NCBI RefSeq assembly: GCF_006345805.1
Contig: NC_042998.1
Span: 116,808,001-116,872,000 of the forward strand
Source: Octopus sinensis
Taxonomy: Eukaryota
DNA length: 64,000 nt
Direction: 5' to 3'
Both the position numbers and the translations under genes were made by a program. The notes under the pieces are model-generated. The model saw only the letters and a list, made by a program, of their open reading frames with translations. It did no database searches and had not been told where the DNA came from. Positions 25,926 through 39,380 of this stretch are shown one piece after another (the stretch's first letter is position 1; each line of letters opens with the position of its first letter).

Positions 25926-26770
25926 TAAACATATTACAATACTGATATAGGAAATACTATATGATATGGAACACGCATAAGATCGTTCATGCACGGATGG
26001 TGCATATTATAAGTCAGACTCAGTAAAAGCAAATCAACGATAAATAAAAACACATTAATTTTAATTATCTACAAATGAAGCAGAAGATGTAGCACTTTCA
26101 GCGTCACAATGGGAGATGAAATATTATACTTTAAGTAAATTCCTAATCCACATGCATTCACCAAGGAGTTTTCGTTGAGGCCAACCAAACGGGAAGTGAT
26201 GGCGTAGAAAACAGATGAAAAATTAATCTACTAGCCAACACCAATAATGCATTTGTTGACAGCCCACTTAGATTCTTACTGCAATAATTTAAGAGATTTA
26301 ATATTCACCGCCGTGAGAGTTGGTTGGACACAAATGCAAGTTCTTGCGTGTTATAACATTAAAACACTGTCAGATTAAATACATGTGCCTGCCACTCGAA
26401 TTCATTAAACTCGAATTCAGATATTTACTTCTAATAACTACGACAAATGAATTCGTTAATTCAAATCTAAAAAAGCTCCACGCACTCTCATGTACACAGA
26501 GTGTTAAACACAGACATTCCTTCACTCATACATGTGTGTGTGAGTGTGTGTGTGTGTGTGTGTACGTGTGTGTGTGTGTGTACGTATGTGCATGTGTGTG
26601 AGGTGCGCGTGTGCGTTTGTATTTTGGATTGTGTGTATGCATGTAGGAATGCATGCATGTATGCATGTCCTCCTGGGACTACAAACTACAGTAGCCATAC
26701 TTATATGGCAAATATACGTCACGATATGTTGTAGCTACTGTTTATAACTCGCTCTGAGATTTATTATTGG

Positions 26771-26771
<1 letters not shown>

Positions 26772-26821
<50 letters not shown>

Positions 26822-26855
26822 TGAGTGAGAGATAGATAGATAGATAGATAGATAT

Positions 26856-26938
<83 letters not shown>

Positions 26939-26952
26939 TAGATATAGATATA
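26772..26952. repeat. (TA)n-(GA)n-(GATA)n microsatellite
   Basis: Seen directly. Confidence 0.95.
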
Positions 26953-27763
26953 AATATAGCGCTAATATATGATTTATAAAAACATGAGACATATTAATAA
27001 ATATCTGTAAACATAAAACCATCCACATTTCTGAATACCTTATTTCTTCTAATTAATAATACATGTACATCATCTCCAAACCTTTTAATATAGATATAGA
27101 TATATACACATATACATGCATACACCCCACACACACGCACACACTCACACACATATTCACAATTTCGAATCTCAGAACATATTACACTGAAACTCTGATT
27201 AGTTTAGGTGCGGACGATGTCAAAACTACGACAGGGGCATAGCTCACGCATATTTCAATTGCATGGAAATGTTTCTGGCCTTAATTTATTTTTTCGTTTT
27301 CGATTTTGTTTTATTTTACCATTCATAGTGTAGATTTCCTCCAATTGTTTATGAAAGTAAATTACTCAGCACAGAAAAACACGCATGCTATTGTCTACGG
27401 GGTAATTTTTCCAACTGACGTAAAGCCCATTCATAAACTCTACTATATTGAAACGATTAAACAGAGAAAAACAAAGACAAAAAACTGTCATTTATATGCA
27501 AATTGCATGAGTCTGATCTTCAGTTAAGCATGTAAGTTACTTGCAACAGATAAATGTTGATACACTTCAAAGTAACATATAGCCGCTACGTTTCAGATAC
27601 AGTTCCCATGTAAATGAGAAATTACAAGAAATTAAAGAGTCACTGCCGAGATTATTACATTACAACAGACTTGAATTTAATTCCACAAATTCAAACCATA
27701 GCAACGATTGACTTATTTCCCCCTACTCTTATTTATTATCTATATATATATATATAAACGCTA

Positions 27764-27764
<1 letters not shown>

Positions 27765-27843
<79 letters not shown>

Positions 27844-27916
27844 ACACATATATTACATATATATGTATATGTATGTATATATTACATACATAAATATAAA
27901 TATATATATATATATA
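27765..27916. repeat. (GT)n/(TA)n microsatellite
   Basis: Seen directly. Confidence 0.95.
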
Positions 27917-27949
27917 CTTTATTTAAAGCAGCAGAAAATTCAACAAAAC

Positions 27950-27987
27950 TTGTTACTCGGAGTTTCATGTTGCCGTTCATCGGACAG
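27950..27987 (-). ncRNA. Second hammerhead fold on the opposite strand
   Basis: Reverse complement reads CTGT-CCGATGA-ACGGCAACAT-GAAA-CTCCGAG-TA-ACAA. Confidence 0.6.
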
Positions 27988-27999
27988 TTTTTGCAAAAA

Positions 28000-28037
28000 C
28001 TGTCCGATGAACGGCAACGGGAAACTCAGAGTAACAG
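28000..28037 (+). ncRNA. Minimal type I hammerhead-ribozyme fold (CCGAUGA core variant)
   Basis: CTGT-CCGATGA-ACGGCAACGG-GAAA-CTCAGAG-TA-ACAG: stem I CTGT/ACAG, stem II with a GCAA tetraloop, stem III ACTC/GAGT, GUA site. Activity untested. Confidence 0.65.
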
Positions 28038-28163
28038 GTTTTGTTGAATTTTTTGCTGCTTTAAATAAAGCATATTACTCTACCACTGGTATTTGAGTAC
28101 TCTTTTTTCCACCTTGTTTCACATTTATGTGTTTACTCCGGTATATATATATATATACACACA

Positions 28164-28229
<66 letters not shown>

Positions 28230-28497
28230 ACACAAACACACATATTATTAATTAAATGGCAGCAAGTAAAAGAACTTCATTCTCTTAATTGTTTCCAAAA
28301 TGAGAGGGTCAACAAGCTTTGCACACATAAGTATTTTTGCGAACCACATTTTCAACTTTCGAATCTCTAATTCACCCAGAGAAAACGTTTTTGTTCCCTT
28401 AATCACGTACTCGTTTTATTAATCAATAAGATTAACGTGGCTGAAACAGCTGTAGTGAACGTTAACACATTTGTATTTTTTCTATACTCGCATGCAT

Positions 28498-28549
<52 letters not shown>

Positions 28550-30404
28550 GTGTGTGTGTGTTTGTATTTGTACGTTTGCGTATGTGTTTGTGCATGTGTG
28601 TGCGTGTGTGTGTGTGTGTATCTATGTAAGTAGGGATGCATTTAGAATTGTGTATTTAGCATTATATTTTTATATGTGTGCATATATAGAAATGCATAAC
28701 TATACAAGCATGTATATAAATCTGGGTGTGTGTGTGTGTCTTTAAGTTACGTTTCACTACTTCAATTCCGAAGCCCTAGAATATTTGCCAAAGTGAAAAC
28801 CTCTGATTTACGACATATTATCTATCTTAATGCTCCTTCACCATATGGTAAATCTCCAATTTCTCTCTTCTTCGTTCTTATTGATAAAACTGAACTCCTT
28901 CATCATTGGAATTGTCGGATCTGTAAGTCTTACATTTGTACAGATGCAACTTTATGTAAAAGAAATTTTGCACAAATACACATATATAAATATAATTAAT
29001 GAGTTAAGTTATTTTGAGGTCTAACCATGAATATATTTCTTCATTCGTTTTTTCTTGAATTATTTTCCTAATTGTGTAAGTGGTTTATAGTATCTGCATG
29101 TAAGACAGTATCTTAATGTATGGATCTTGTAGATGAGAAGCCTTTCATACACTTCCATTACTTAGTAAATGGAAATATAGTGTTAATCCGTTATTCGTTT
29201 GAACATTACAAAACTCAGCATTCTAGGGGGAAAAAAAGGCTTGATTTTTTTTAATTGAAGCTACTTGTAAAACATTTTTTTTTGGGGGGGGGTTCTGTCA
29301 GCCTATATCAGAAGCATAATGTAAACAACCACCTTGAATTAGAGGCACCATTGTTACGATCTGTCTCATTTAACGAAAGTAGACCAGCTTTTTATATTGA
29401 TTATATATAGACCAACAATGTGTGAGAAAGATTATAATGTAAAGGCGCTCAAGATATGGCCATCCTGTGTAACTGTAGGCAATATATCATTAATCCTCCT
29501 TAAAGAGATTAGTGTCATATAATAGGATGAAATGCCCGATATTTCGGAAAGGTAAATCAACCAATATTTCGAGAATGTAAAACTTCAATCGGTGGTTCCA
29601 ATAATCATTTCATAAGATAGGTTGCAGTCGATCGAACATAGATATAATTATGAAATACGCATATCAGTGCACTACCAGTCATCGTCATTGCACTTAATTG
29701 CCGAATTTTCATCATTAGAGGAATGCTGTCTAAACTAAATATAGTAAACAATTTAGACAAGCATTAGGTTATAATCTTCTAATAATAAGAGCCGGCTAAT
29801 TTTTTAATTTATTTGGTAATACATTGACAAGAAGATGATAAAGTATAAAATATAACGAAATCAAATTAATTTGCCCGGATTTCCCACCTCGATAAAAAAC
29901 CGGTTTATATCTTTTACAAAGACCTTGTGGCCAGCATAACAGTCACGGTTTTATTACAATTTTCCATGTACTCGAAATAGTTTTAACTTCAACAAAATTT
30001 AAAACTCATAATAAGTATTATTATTTGTATGATATGTACTAAAATATAATTTTAAACGAAGTGATATTACGTGTAAATCATTTGAATTATATATGATATT
30101 GTCTGTACGTTGATGCTGACAATAGAATTAGAATGTGCCTAGTTTGTATTAATCTTTCATGAAGAACAGTATACGATCAAGGCACCACTCAGTATTTCTG
30201 TCCATGTAACGGTGTAAGTTTATATACTAGTGTTGTATGCTTACCTTTCTTAACAAGAATTTCATTGACGCTAATGAAATTTTTCAGATAGCATTTTAAT
30301 TCAGTAAAACGATTTCTGTATTTCACTTAAACATTCATTCTACATAGCATGGGTACAACCGTTTCTGTCAGAGATATAATACTGGTTTTTAAATCATGAC
30401 ACAA

Positions 30405-30562
30405 AGTTCGGCGAAGTGGTCAGCAGGTACTTATTTTATTAACCCTGAAAGGACGAAAGCTAAAGTCGACCTCGGCTGGATTTGAACTCAGACCGTGAAG
30501 ATGGACGAAACGACGCTAAGCATTTTGCCTAGCGTGCAAAGGATTCGGCAAGCTCGCCGTCT
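30405..30562 (-). mobile_element. SINE family A copy
   Basis: GGTACTTATTTT..AAAGTCGACCTCGGCTGGATTTGAACTCAGA..GCTAAGCATTTTGCC..AGCTCGCCGTC. Confidence 0.85.
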
Positions 30563-32179
30563 TAACTGTCAGATGTAATCGTCTTAATAATACACGCTCG
30601 CCACTTTCAAATTCAATGTTTCGATAATTCAGTAAAAACACCAACTAAACTTCTTGATGGAAGAAGCGATAATAGCAAGAAAATATTTTGTCGGCCTATT
30701 TTCAAAGGGCAAACATTTACTAGAAACTGGTCTCATAAAATAGTACCATGCCATGTATTCTTGTTTACATGCAATTCAAAAATGTCACATACAGCAAAAA
30801 AGGGTAATGTTTTTCAGACATTTTCATTGTAATTTTCTATAGCAAATATATCGATCCATGGATTTTTCAATAAGCATTTATATAAGACACATAAAATTAA
30901 ATGTTAAAGGAATTTCCATGTACCTCAAGCACTGATCTGCCACCAATGTCAAATCTAGCGAGGATTTCTGTAAATCTTGCCACCATGGACATTAGAAAGA
31001 CTATCTAGTGTTATCGGTTGAACCTGGGTCTCTGTCTAATTTAAAAACTTAAGATATATAGTGTCATGTTGGTTAGTTTACTAAGTGTGGTAATGTGATA
31101 TATGAAGGGTTTATAGTTGAGTTCTGGAAATACAGCAAAAATGTGCTTTGATAGATTGGCATATACATTTATTTCAATTCTAAATTCATGCTAATCCCGT
31201 CATTTGAAGTATGGGCAATAAATCCGAGATTTGATTTTACGGTACTATGAGAAACTAAAATCAAGTGATACAAAATCTTTACTAGCTTTTATATATAACA
31301 TATGCAAGAAAGTCTACAATTATTTTATTTGGTTGAACTCATGTGCGTGATTGATTTCTGCTCTCTAAATACTGCTGACAATTTGATGAATACATGAAAA
31401 ATAGACAAAAGCAGAAAGCAAAAAATCTAATGGATGAATGAATTTGATTGGGTACAAAGGAAGAAATAAATGTTCAAGAAATATGCAACAATTCAAAACC
31501 GTAGCTATATTGATAATAATAATACTCAAATACATCATTTGAAGTAACAGTTTTGATCGCCATTAACCGTGCAGATTCTTTGCAAGTTCTTCAAGAAATA
31601 GCAAAAAAGTCTTCGCAAACAAAAGACAATGAGTCAGATTTTACCAAAGATTCATTAACATTCATTTAATGATATTAATTATAAAACAGAAGAAAATTTT
31701 TTTGTAAGAACATCAAAAGATGTATGCAGATTACCACTGAACTTTCTGGTTTGATTGCTATAGTTTTCTTCTATTAAAAGTCTTTAGAAGTAATTAACAT
31801 AGATCAATTGTCCTGTAATTGACATACATATAAAGACATATAAAGAAATACTCTAGGTTTAGGTTACTGGATAAGAGAGATATATTCTTCTATATAACCG
31901 GGTTAATAGACATACGCCCACATATCTGTCTATACACACATGCAAACACACACATACATATACATATATACATATATATATATGGTCATATGATATAAGT
32001 GACCCCGGCTGTTTTGAGGAGGCTTTGATGCTAAAAAACGAATCTGACATTATAGATTTTCCCTTTGTACTGCGATAATATTGTATCAAATTATCTGCAG
32101 CATAAATAATATTAGCGTACATAAATGCATAATTCAAAATCGATGTACTTTAGTATTTATGTGTGTGAGACTGTGCGTG

Positions 32180-32239
32180 TGTATATATATATGCATACAT
32201 ATATATATATATATATGCATACATATATATATATGCACA

Positions 32240-32295
<56 letters not shown>

Positions 32296-32380
32296 TATAT
32301 GTATGTATGTATGTATATAAAGATAGTTAGATTGATAAATAGACAGATATATTGATATATTGATACATAAACACATACAT

Positions 32381-32470
<90 letters not shown>
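32180..32470. repeat. (TA)n-rich microsatellite
   Basis: Seen directly. Confidence 0.95.
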
Positions 32471-32475
<5 letters not shown>

Positions 32476-33471
32476 CATCCCATTAGTTCTCTCCGACTCT
32501 ACCTTTTTTTTTAATTAAATGAATTTTAATTTGTTTTAGAATGCCGAAGGAAATTTAAATTTTTTTTTATGCATTTGTGTACATTTAAACTAATTCAATA
32601 TTATTTTACAGAATAATAGAATTAACATTCCTTTGATTAAACCCCTTTCTAACACGGAAGTATCCAAAGAGCATTTAAGGCACGTAATGCTTTATGAGTA
32701 CAAAAAAGGAAACTTTACAACTGAAGCGACTTGAAACATAGACTCAGTTTATGGAAAAGTATACTTGAATGAAAGAACTTGTAGATAATGGTTTGCAAAA
32801 TTCAGAAGTGTAGATTTTAGCCTTGAAGATGAAGATCTAACAGAGCGTCTCCAGTTGAGTTTGATAATAAGATCCTCCAGGCATTACTTGAAGAATATTC
32901 TGCATTATCAGTTGAAGAATTACAAATAAAGCTTAGTTCAAACCATACAATACAACTGTTTATTGCCATCTTCAAAGACTTGGAAAGGTTCCTAAACTTT
33001 GAACATGGGTGCCTAATGCATTGCCCTAAAGTAACCGCAAATCTGCCCTTCTGTCCGTTCTCGCGCGACTCATTTCACCCCTTTTGGATAGACTTGTGAC
33101 TGGGGACGAAAAATGGATTTTCTATCGAAATGTTAAACATCCTAAACAGTGGCTTGGTAAAAGGGGAAAAGTCCAACCACAAACGAGAAGGGAATTTCAT
33201 GGGAAAACGGTTCTTCTGTCTATCTGGTGGGATTGCAAAGGAATAATTCACTTTGAATTGTTACCACTTAATACAACAACCCATGCTCAAGTCCACTGTC
33301 AGCAATTAGAACGTTTGAACCAAGCTTTGAAAGAAAAGCCCCGCTTTAGTGAAACGAAAAGGAGTGATGTTTCATGAGAACAATGCGTGACCCCACACTG
33401 CAAAGATGACATCACAGATGATCGAAGAGGTTGATTGGGTATAAATTCCTCATCCACCTTATTCTCCTGAC
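32468..33471 (+). mobile_element. Mariner transposon pseudogene, 3'-truncated
   Basis: From ACG 32654: EVSKEHLRHVMLYEYKKG..WFAKFRSVDFSLED; WVPNAL; LVTGDEKWI; SIWWDCKGIIHFELL; HENNA*PH; HPPYSPD, where it stops abruptly. Confidence 0.92.
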
Positions 33472-33990
33472 TTTATGGCATATCGTCAGACTCACCACCC
33501 AAAAACTCCTGTTGGCCTAAGACGTCTTCAAAAAGATGTGGGGGGGATGTACCTCGTTACGAATGTAAAGAACAGAGAGTTATCTTCTTTTGCCACTGGC
33601 TAACGGCTTCCCACTCTGCCGCCATTTTGCAGATTTGAAAGCGCTAGCAAGAGCATTCCAAAATGTAATCATGGTCCGAAAATCTCCGTTCTGGAGTTAT
33701 TGATATTCCCTGCGTCGATTGAGTCTTCCAGGATTCTTGCGCGTTCAGCTATGCATAACTTGCAACGCTACGTTCAGTTGATATAGGGGCCTGTGTTTTC
33801 GGTCGACTATGGGACACCATCTTCTATTAGTTCCCTATTGTTTACATTCGTAACAATGCACATCCACCTCCATCTGTTTTGAAGAGGTATTAGGCCAGCA
33901 AGTATTTTTGGGGTTTGACGATACGCCATAAAGCTAACCCCCTTATGGACGAGAACACCAGATTAATCCCTGAAACCGGCTTACTCCATT
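33471..33990 (-). mobile_element. Penelope-like element remnant with inverted pLTR-like arms and GIY-YIG C-terminus
   Basis: Minus frame 33809-33600: *STENTGPYIN*T*RCKLCIAERARILEDSIDAGNINNSRTEIFGP*LH resembles the PLE endonuclease ending WS..PY..KRCxLCxxEK..IL..LNxRxE..CxH. Flanked by diverged inverted arms of about 115 bp (33471-33590, 33815-33933). Confidence 0.7.
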
Positions 33991-34095
33991 TAAATATACA
34001 CTGCTCTACATCTTAGAGTGTGGTTCTCCTGATTTATGTTTTCTACAAACGATAATATATATATATAAATACACATATGTGTGTGTGTATGTATG

Positions 34096-34126
<31 letters not shown>

Positions 34127-35311
34127 GTGTGTGTGTGTGCGTGTGTGTGTGTGTTTATATATACGTATATGTATATGTACATATACACACATATATTGTT
34201 GTATGTAAATATAAGATGCCATATGTGTATGTATGTGTGTGTGTATATTTGGATATGCTTGTTTAAATTATGTTTTCGAAATTCAGTTCCTTCAAGTCTC
34301 TCTATCTTACTTTTTATGTTCGTCTCTCTGTTCATCTTCCTTTCTCTTTTCTTATCTGTTTATGCCTTTCCTTCTCCTTATGTTTTTGCCACTCTCTTTC
34401 AACCTTTGTCTTATATATCATTCAACCTTTCCAAATATCTCAATGCATTATATTAGAGGATTCCTGTAATATAATTGTGTATTCTTTTTCTTTTGTGTGA
34501 GTAAACTACATAATAAATAGTAACCTAATGTAAGAGTCTCTATAACATACATCCAATTAACTGATAGTCCTTATATCCCTATTTTTGCCAGAGCGGTTTC
34601 AGCTTTGCATTTCAATTAAACCATATGTGTGTTCATTTCTTTTTTTATAAAGTAGGTGATGTGGAATGCTATCAGTTACAAACGGTATTCCATATTTGTA
34701 TATTTATTATGTTTGCTTATTGCATAGAAAGCGAAGTTTGAGTCTTGGGAAAAAAATAACGCAAAGAATCGTTCTCCTGGTAATGCAATGTAAACATCGA
34801 AACTCAACCTAATTCCAACAAATAAAATATAAAAGAGAAAGAAGAAAAAAATATAAATTATCAAAGAAAGCAATACCAACATCGCCTAAAAATTAGACGT
34901 TTTACTGCACTAATAGAACACGTTGATCAAACAATAGATAGTTAGTGTATCTTAGTGACTGATTGAGAGTAATATAGGAGAGAGGAAATAAATAGCGCTA
35001 AAGTGAAACGAAGTACTGATGCAAAGGGATATAATGATAGTGAGAGGAGATAGATTGAAACAGATAGATACATGCAGAAGAGCTGATGGAATTAGATTGT
35101 TAGGAAGGGAGAGAAAAATACAAATGAAGCGATAAAGATCGATTGAAAGAGAAGATAATGAAACACAAATGTTAAGAATGACATAGAAATATAGAGAGAA
35201 ATAAAATGATATAGAAAGAGAAACATAGTTAGCGAGAGATGAAGAGAGAAAAGTGAGGGTACGGAATGAAAGAGAATTTAGGAGTGGGTAAAAGGTCAAA
35301 TTGATACATTA

Positions 35312-35342
<31 letters not shown>

Positions 35343-36129
35343 GTGGAAAGTAAAATATAGTTATAATCATATAAATAGTCATGGGAGGAGTAAATGCTGT
35401 ATTCTCCGGTGGTCGTTATGAAGGGCATTCACACATTTAACCTAATGAATATGTATGTCGAAAGTGCAAAGAAATTCACCAAAAACGCATTTTCAACTCA
35501 CTTCTCAGGCCAAATCAGTCTGACAGTGTGTCAAGGTTTGGCGTTTGAATAACTACTACAATAGGGATGAGAGAGTGTGGGACTGAGAATAATCGAACCT
35601 GGTAGATGAGCGGTAGCATTGAGCACAGCGGGATATGAATATAGGATTCCCTGTGACTACACTCTTCTTACCACTGAGTTGTAAACCAATTTATTGATCA
35701 CTTATAAAAACATATCACTGTTTTACATTATTTTCTTTTAGATAAAGGAATACTACCAATAAAAGAAGATGGGAGGACTATCCTCGACCAGCGTTTGATA
35801 ATACAGAAGAACGTTACTGAATACACGTAGCCGCGTAATATTAGGAAGAAAAGAAAAATTGCATCCTAACCATGATCTGGATACATTTGATTACATATCT
35901 GCTCAATCACGACAGAGAGCATCATACCTTGGTTTTCCCACTGTCATTTTAAATTTATTCCTCACTCCACAATCATCCTCATCCAAATCTTTGCTATATA
36001 ACCCCTTTCTTCCCTTCTTCCTATGTATTTTTTTTTTATCTGTTTTTCCTTTATATTATTTTATCTCATTTATTGATGTTGAAAGTTTAAAATAGGAAGT
36101 AATGCACATTCAATTAAAACACTTTATTT

Positions 36130-36270
36130 TTAACTGGTAGAAATTTTTTATCAAATCCGTAATGATAAAAGCCAAATTTGAACCTTCGTGTGATCTGAGC
36201 TGAGAGCATGAAAAACCTTAAGAATCCTCGTATAGCTTGCGATCTACTTACTGCGTCATCCACCGTAGTT
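36130..36270 (-). mobile_element. SINE family A, highly degenerate
   Basis: AACTGGTA..GATAAAAGCCAAATTTGAACCTTCG..GATCTGAGCTGAGA resembles the family A core. Confidence 0.4.
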
Positions 36271-39169
36271 TTACAATCCAACAAGCTTTGATTTTCTTAA
36301 TATGACGAGAGTGAGCGCATATAAAATCGGTTCATAAAACATTATTGCTGGTTTCTTCTTTTATTGCTTGATTTCTTCGAAATGCTAAAGCTGATATGAA
36401 TTCTTAAAGTATAGTTAGACAAGATTAATGCGGATTTTCTTTAAATATATTTTTCTATTAAAGTATTTGTGTACTATTCTGTGTATAAATATGACCAGTA
36501 GAGAACGTTAATTGCAACATATTTTAATTTTGCTAATTAATAATTACCATGTTTCAATCAGCCGATACAATTTAGATATCATAAGGGTAACAAATGCTTC
36601 ATAAAGACGATAATATTGTTACACGCAGATTGAATACCGAAGAAGGCAAATGTTCATTAAACTTGCTTAATTTCGAATATGCACTCCATCATTTAATTGC
36701 ACCTTCAATACCAAAGCAAATGATCAAGACTGTGCTAATTTTCAAACAAAGCAGAACAGAAAACGCTTTAATTCGGATTCTTCTAACGATTATTTAGTAT
36801 TCACTGGATGCATGAACAAGGTTAATCAGTAAAATAAAATAACAAATACTGATTTATTTCCATCTGTATTAATGCATGTATACATATTTTGTTACGGTTT
36901 TACTTTTATTGTTTGGACAGCATATCGCGAAGGGCAAGAAAGAGGGTATGGCATTTAATTTTGACTTTTACGATATGAATAAAAATTTCATTAGTTTCGC
37001 TCTTTAATTCTCTCAGTCTCCGTAAAAGAAAGGAATACAAGTCGTGTACGAAGATTACATAGAGACAGTACCTTCTTCCTTGCATCAGTTTCAAAGGATC
37101 AGAAAATCGTCTAGTGTGCTGCCCGTATATCTCTGTCTTGGCCGTTGAAAATTGAGGGGAGAAAACGACAGCAGCCTTACAATTGCTGTTTATAGTCAGG
37201 TAATATTGCGTCTGATGACTTCAGATAATGAGTACATTCAATTAATTCTAAGATTGACTTGAAATTTAATTTCCAATTCGAATTGCAACTGCAAAAAGTA
37301 GAGCTATTACAGCTGTCTAAAGATGTTTAGCTAGAAGCAGTGTTTCAATTGAGCTGCTCCGTATATAAGAGAATAAATGCATACAAGGCCACATAACGGG
37401 TTTCCAGTAAGATTTATGACATTTATATAGGAAGATAGAAGTGTTACAGTTGTATGCGGGAGTTCATAATATTTATGGTACATGCTATTATTCTCCAATG
37501 CAGTTATACGGCTGGTCCGAATTACTGGTTTAGATAAAGATTGTTATCTCATGTTGGAAGGAGAAAGGAAATAAGAAACTATGCTGACAGTCTCTTACAG
37601 TTGCTACAAGAATAGAGGCAGAAAATATAAATTCATCTAGATTTGTGATAAAATCGGAGCTTGTGTAGTTAACATGAAATCGAAGCTTGTATATAAGAGG
37701 TAAGAGTGCTAAAAGGTGTGCCTATTATTTTAAAAATGTGCAATAACCACTTAGATGAACTCCGGCATGAGTACAATTACAACAATATCAACGACGATGC
37801 TATGTATATTTTTGAATATTGCGATCTCATCTGAAAATTAAGGGAAAGTAATGAAAGCAAAGGAGAATTTTGGAGAAGAGGAAAGAAAATATTATATTTA
37901 ACTTCAAAATATTCGCAGTAAAACGATTCTGAATAAACAAATACGCTGCATAATATTTTGCAGTAGAATGCAATGGTTATGTATTCAAATTTTCAAATCT
38001 ATTGAAAATGTTGCTATATAAATCGGTGTTAGATTTATCTCATGTGCAATTGATATTAAATGGCTTCATTCATCTGAACTGGTAAACACTTTGTTTGTAC
38101 GTTATATACTTTTACAAGGTCACTTAAAGTTTCCCAAAGTTGTTCAGTCAAATCGGTGTGCACACCAGTTAAAGAATCAAATCAAATGGTACAATTTAAA
38201 ATATTCCTGTTTTCGAAAAGGTCTATCATTGATATATATGTCGAAACATTCAAGGACTTGTATTTATGTGGCAAGTTACACAACAGAGAAAAAGAATAGT
38301 TAACATGTTAATTTTCTAAGAATGAATGTATCCAGGCATGTGTGAATATGTATGTGTGTCATGTATGCGTTATATGAAGTAAATTGCCAACGGGGATGTT
38401 AAAGCGTTGCAAAGATGAGATGGATTGTAAGGTTGAAATCAACTGAAAATTTTGAGTGTCATAGTCTCATATAACCATGATGTGTAAATGTTTTCACAAC
38501 ACCATAGAGAGAAAGTCAAAATTAATGGAGATATGAAATTGCGATTGTTAGGAGATTGTTAGTTGTCGCCTGAAGATAAAAGGAAAATACTTAAAAATGA
38601 AGCTGATCTTATTGGATTTATTAATTGAATGGAATAGTAAAAGAACATGAAAGGAATGCAATATTTTTTTCTAGTTTTGACTGGACTTTAACATAATGGA
38701 TGGTCACTATGAAACTGGAAGAAAATGTTATTGAATGTTAAAAGGAAAAATTAGAAATTTATCAAAGAATTTTCAGTGCAATAAATTTTGCATAAAGTAA
38801 CATTATAGCATAGCAGTAAAGAAAGAAACAATGTTACAAATATTGGAAAAATGTAATAGCTATATTCATCACTAACTGCAAGCACGTTGTTATCAATGAT
38901 TTGTCTAAAGGAAAACGAATGTGCTTTTTGTGCGTAATTGAAGCTTTTTGACTTATGTATACGAGGTAAATCAAATACTAGCGAGTCTTTACACTCCTCC
39001 GCTTTTGCACATGCGCTACAGCATGATAAGTACTATTACTATCACGTATGTCATTATCACATATACTGTTAAGGAACACACACACACACATACATATATA
39101 TACATATATAATAGTTTTAAATAAGTATGTAGTTGACAGTGATTTCGAAGTGTGGGTCTGCTAAGCCAT

Positions 39170-39380
39170 TAGCGGAGTGAAAGAAGCTTGTCGTATATAT
39201 GTGTTTGTGTGTGTGTGTTTGTGTGTGTGTGTATCTATCTGTCTGTCTGTCTGTGTCCGTCTGTCTGTGTGCGCGTGCCTTTGCCTATATGTTTATCTCC
39301 CACCACCTCTCGACAACTGGTACTGGTTCCTCGAAAGTCCAATAAATTAATTTGATTCATTCGAGGCGATGCCCCAGCAA
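39170..39380 (+). mobile_element. SINE family B fragment
   Basis: GAAAGAAGCTTGTCGTATATAT-(GT)n..CCACCACCTCTCGACAACTGGTACTGGT..GGCGATGCCCCAGCA, collinear with 47460-47690. Confidence 0.6.

Larger units (their letters stand above)
27917..28070. repeat. 154-bp spacerless palindrome (77-bp arms, 5 mismatches)
   Basis: Centre GTTTTTG|CAAAAAC between 27993 and 27994; arms compared base by base. Confidence 0.97.

Noticed and set aside
33084-33377. SETMAR/host gene
   Set aside because: Mariner transposase only, with stops and frameshifts and no SET domain.
35742-35830. Candidate exon after the polypyrimidine-AG at 35741
   Set aside because: All three frames stop within about 90 bp and there is no convincing donor or recognisable protein; cannot be supported without RNA-seq.
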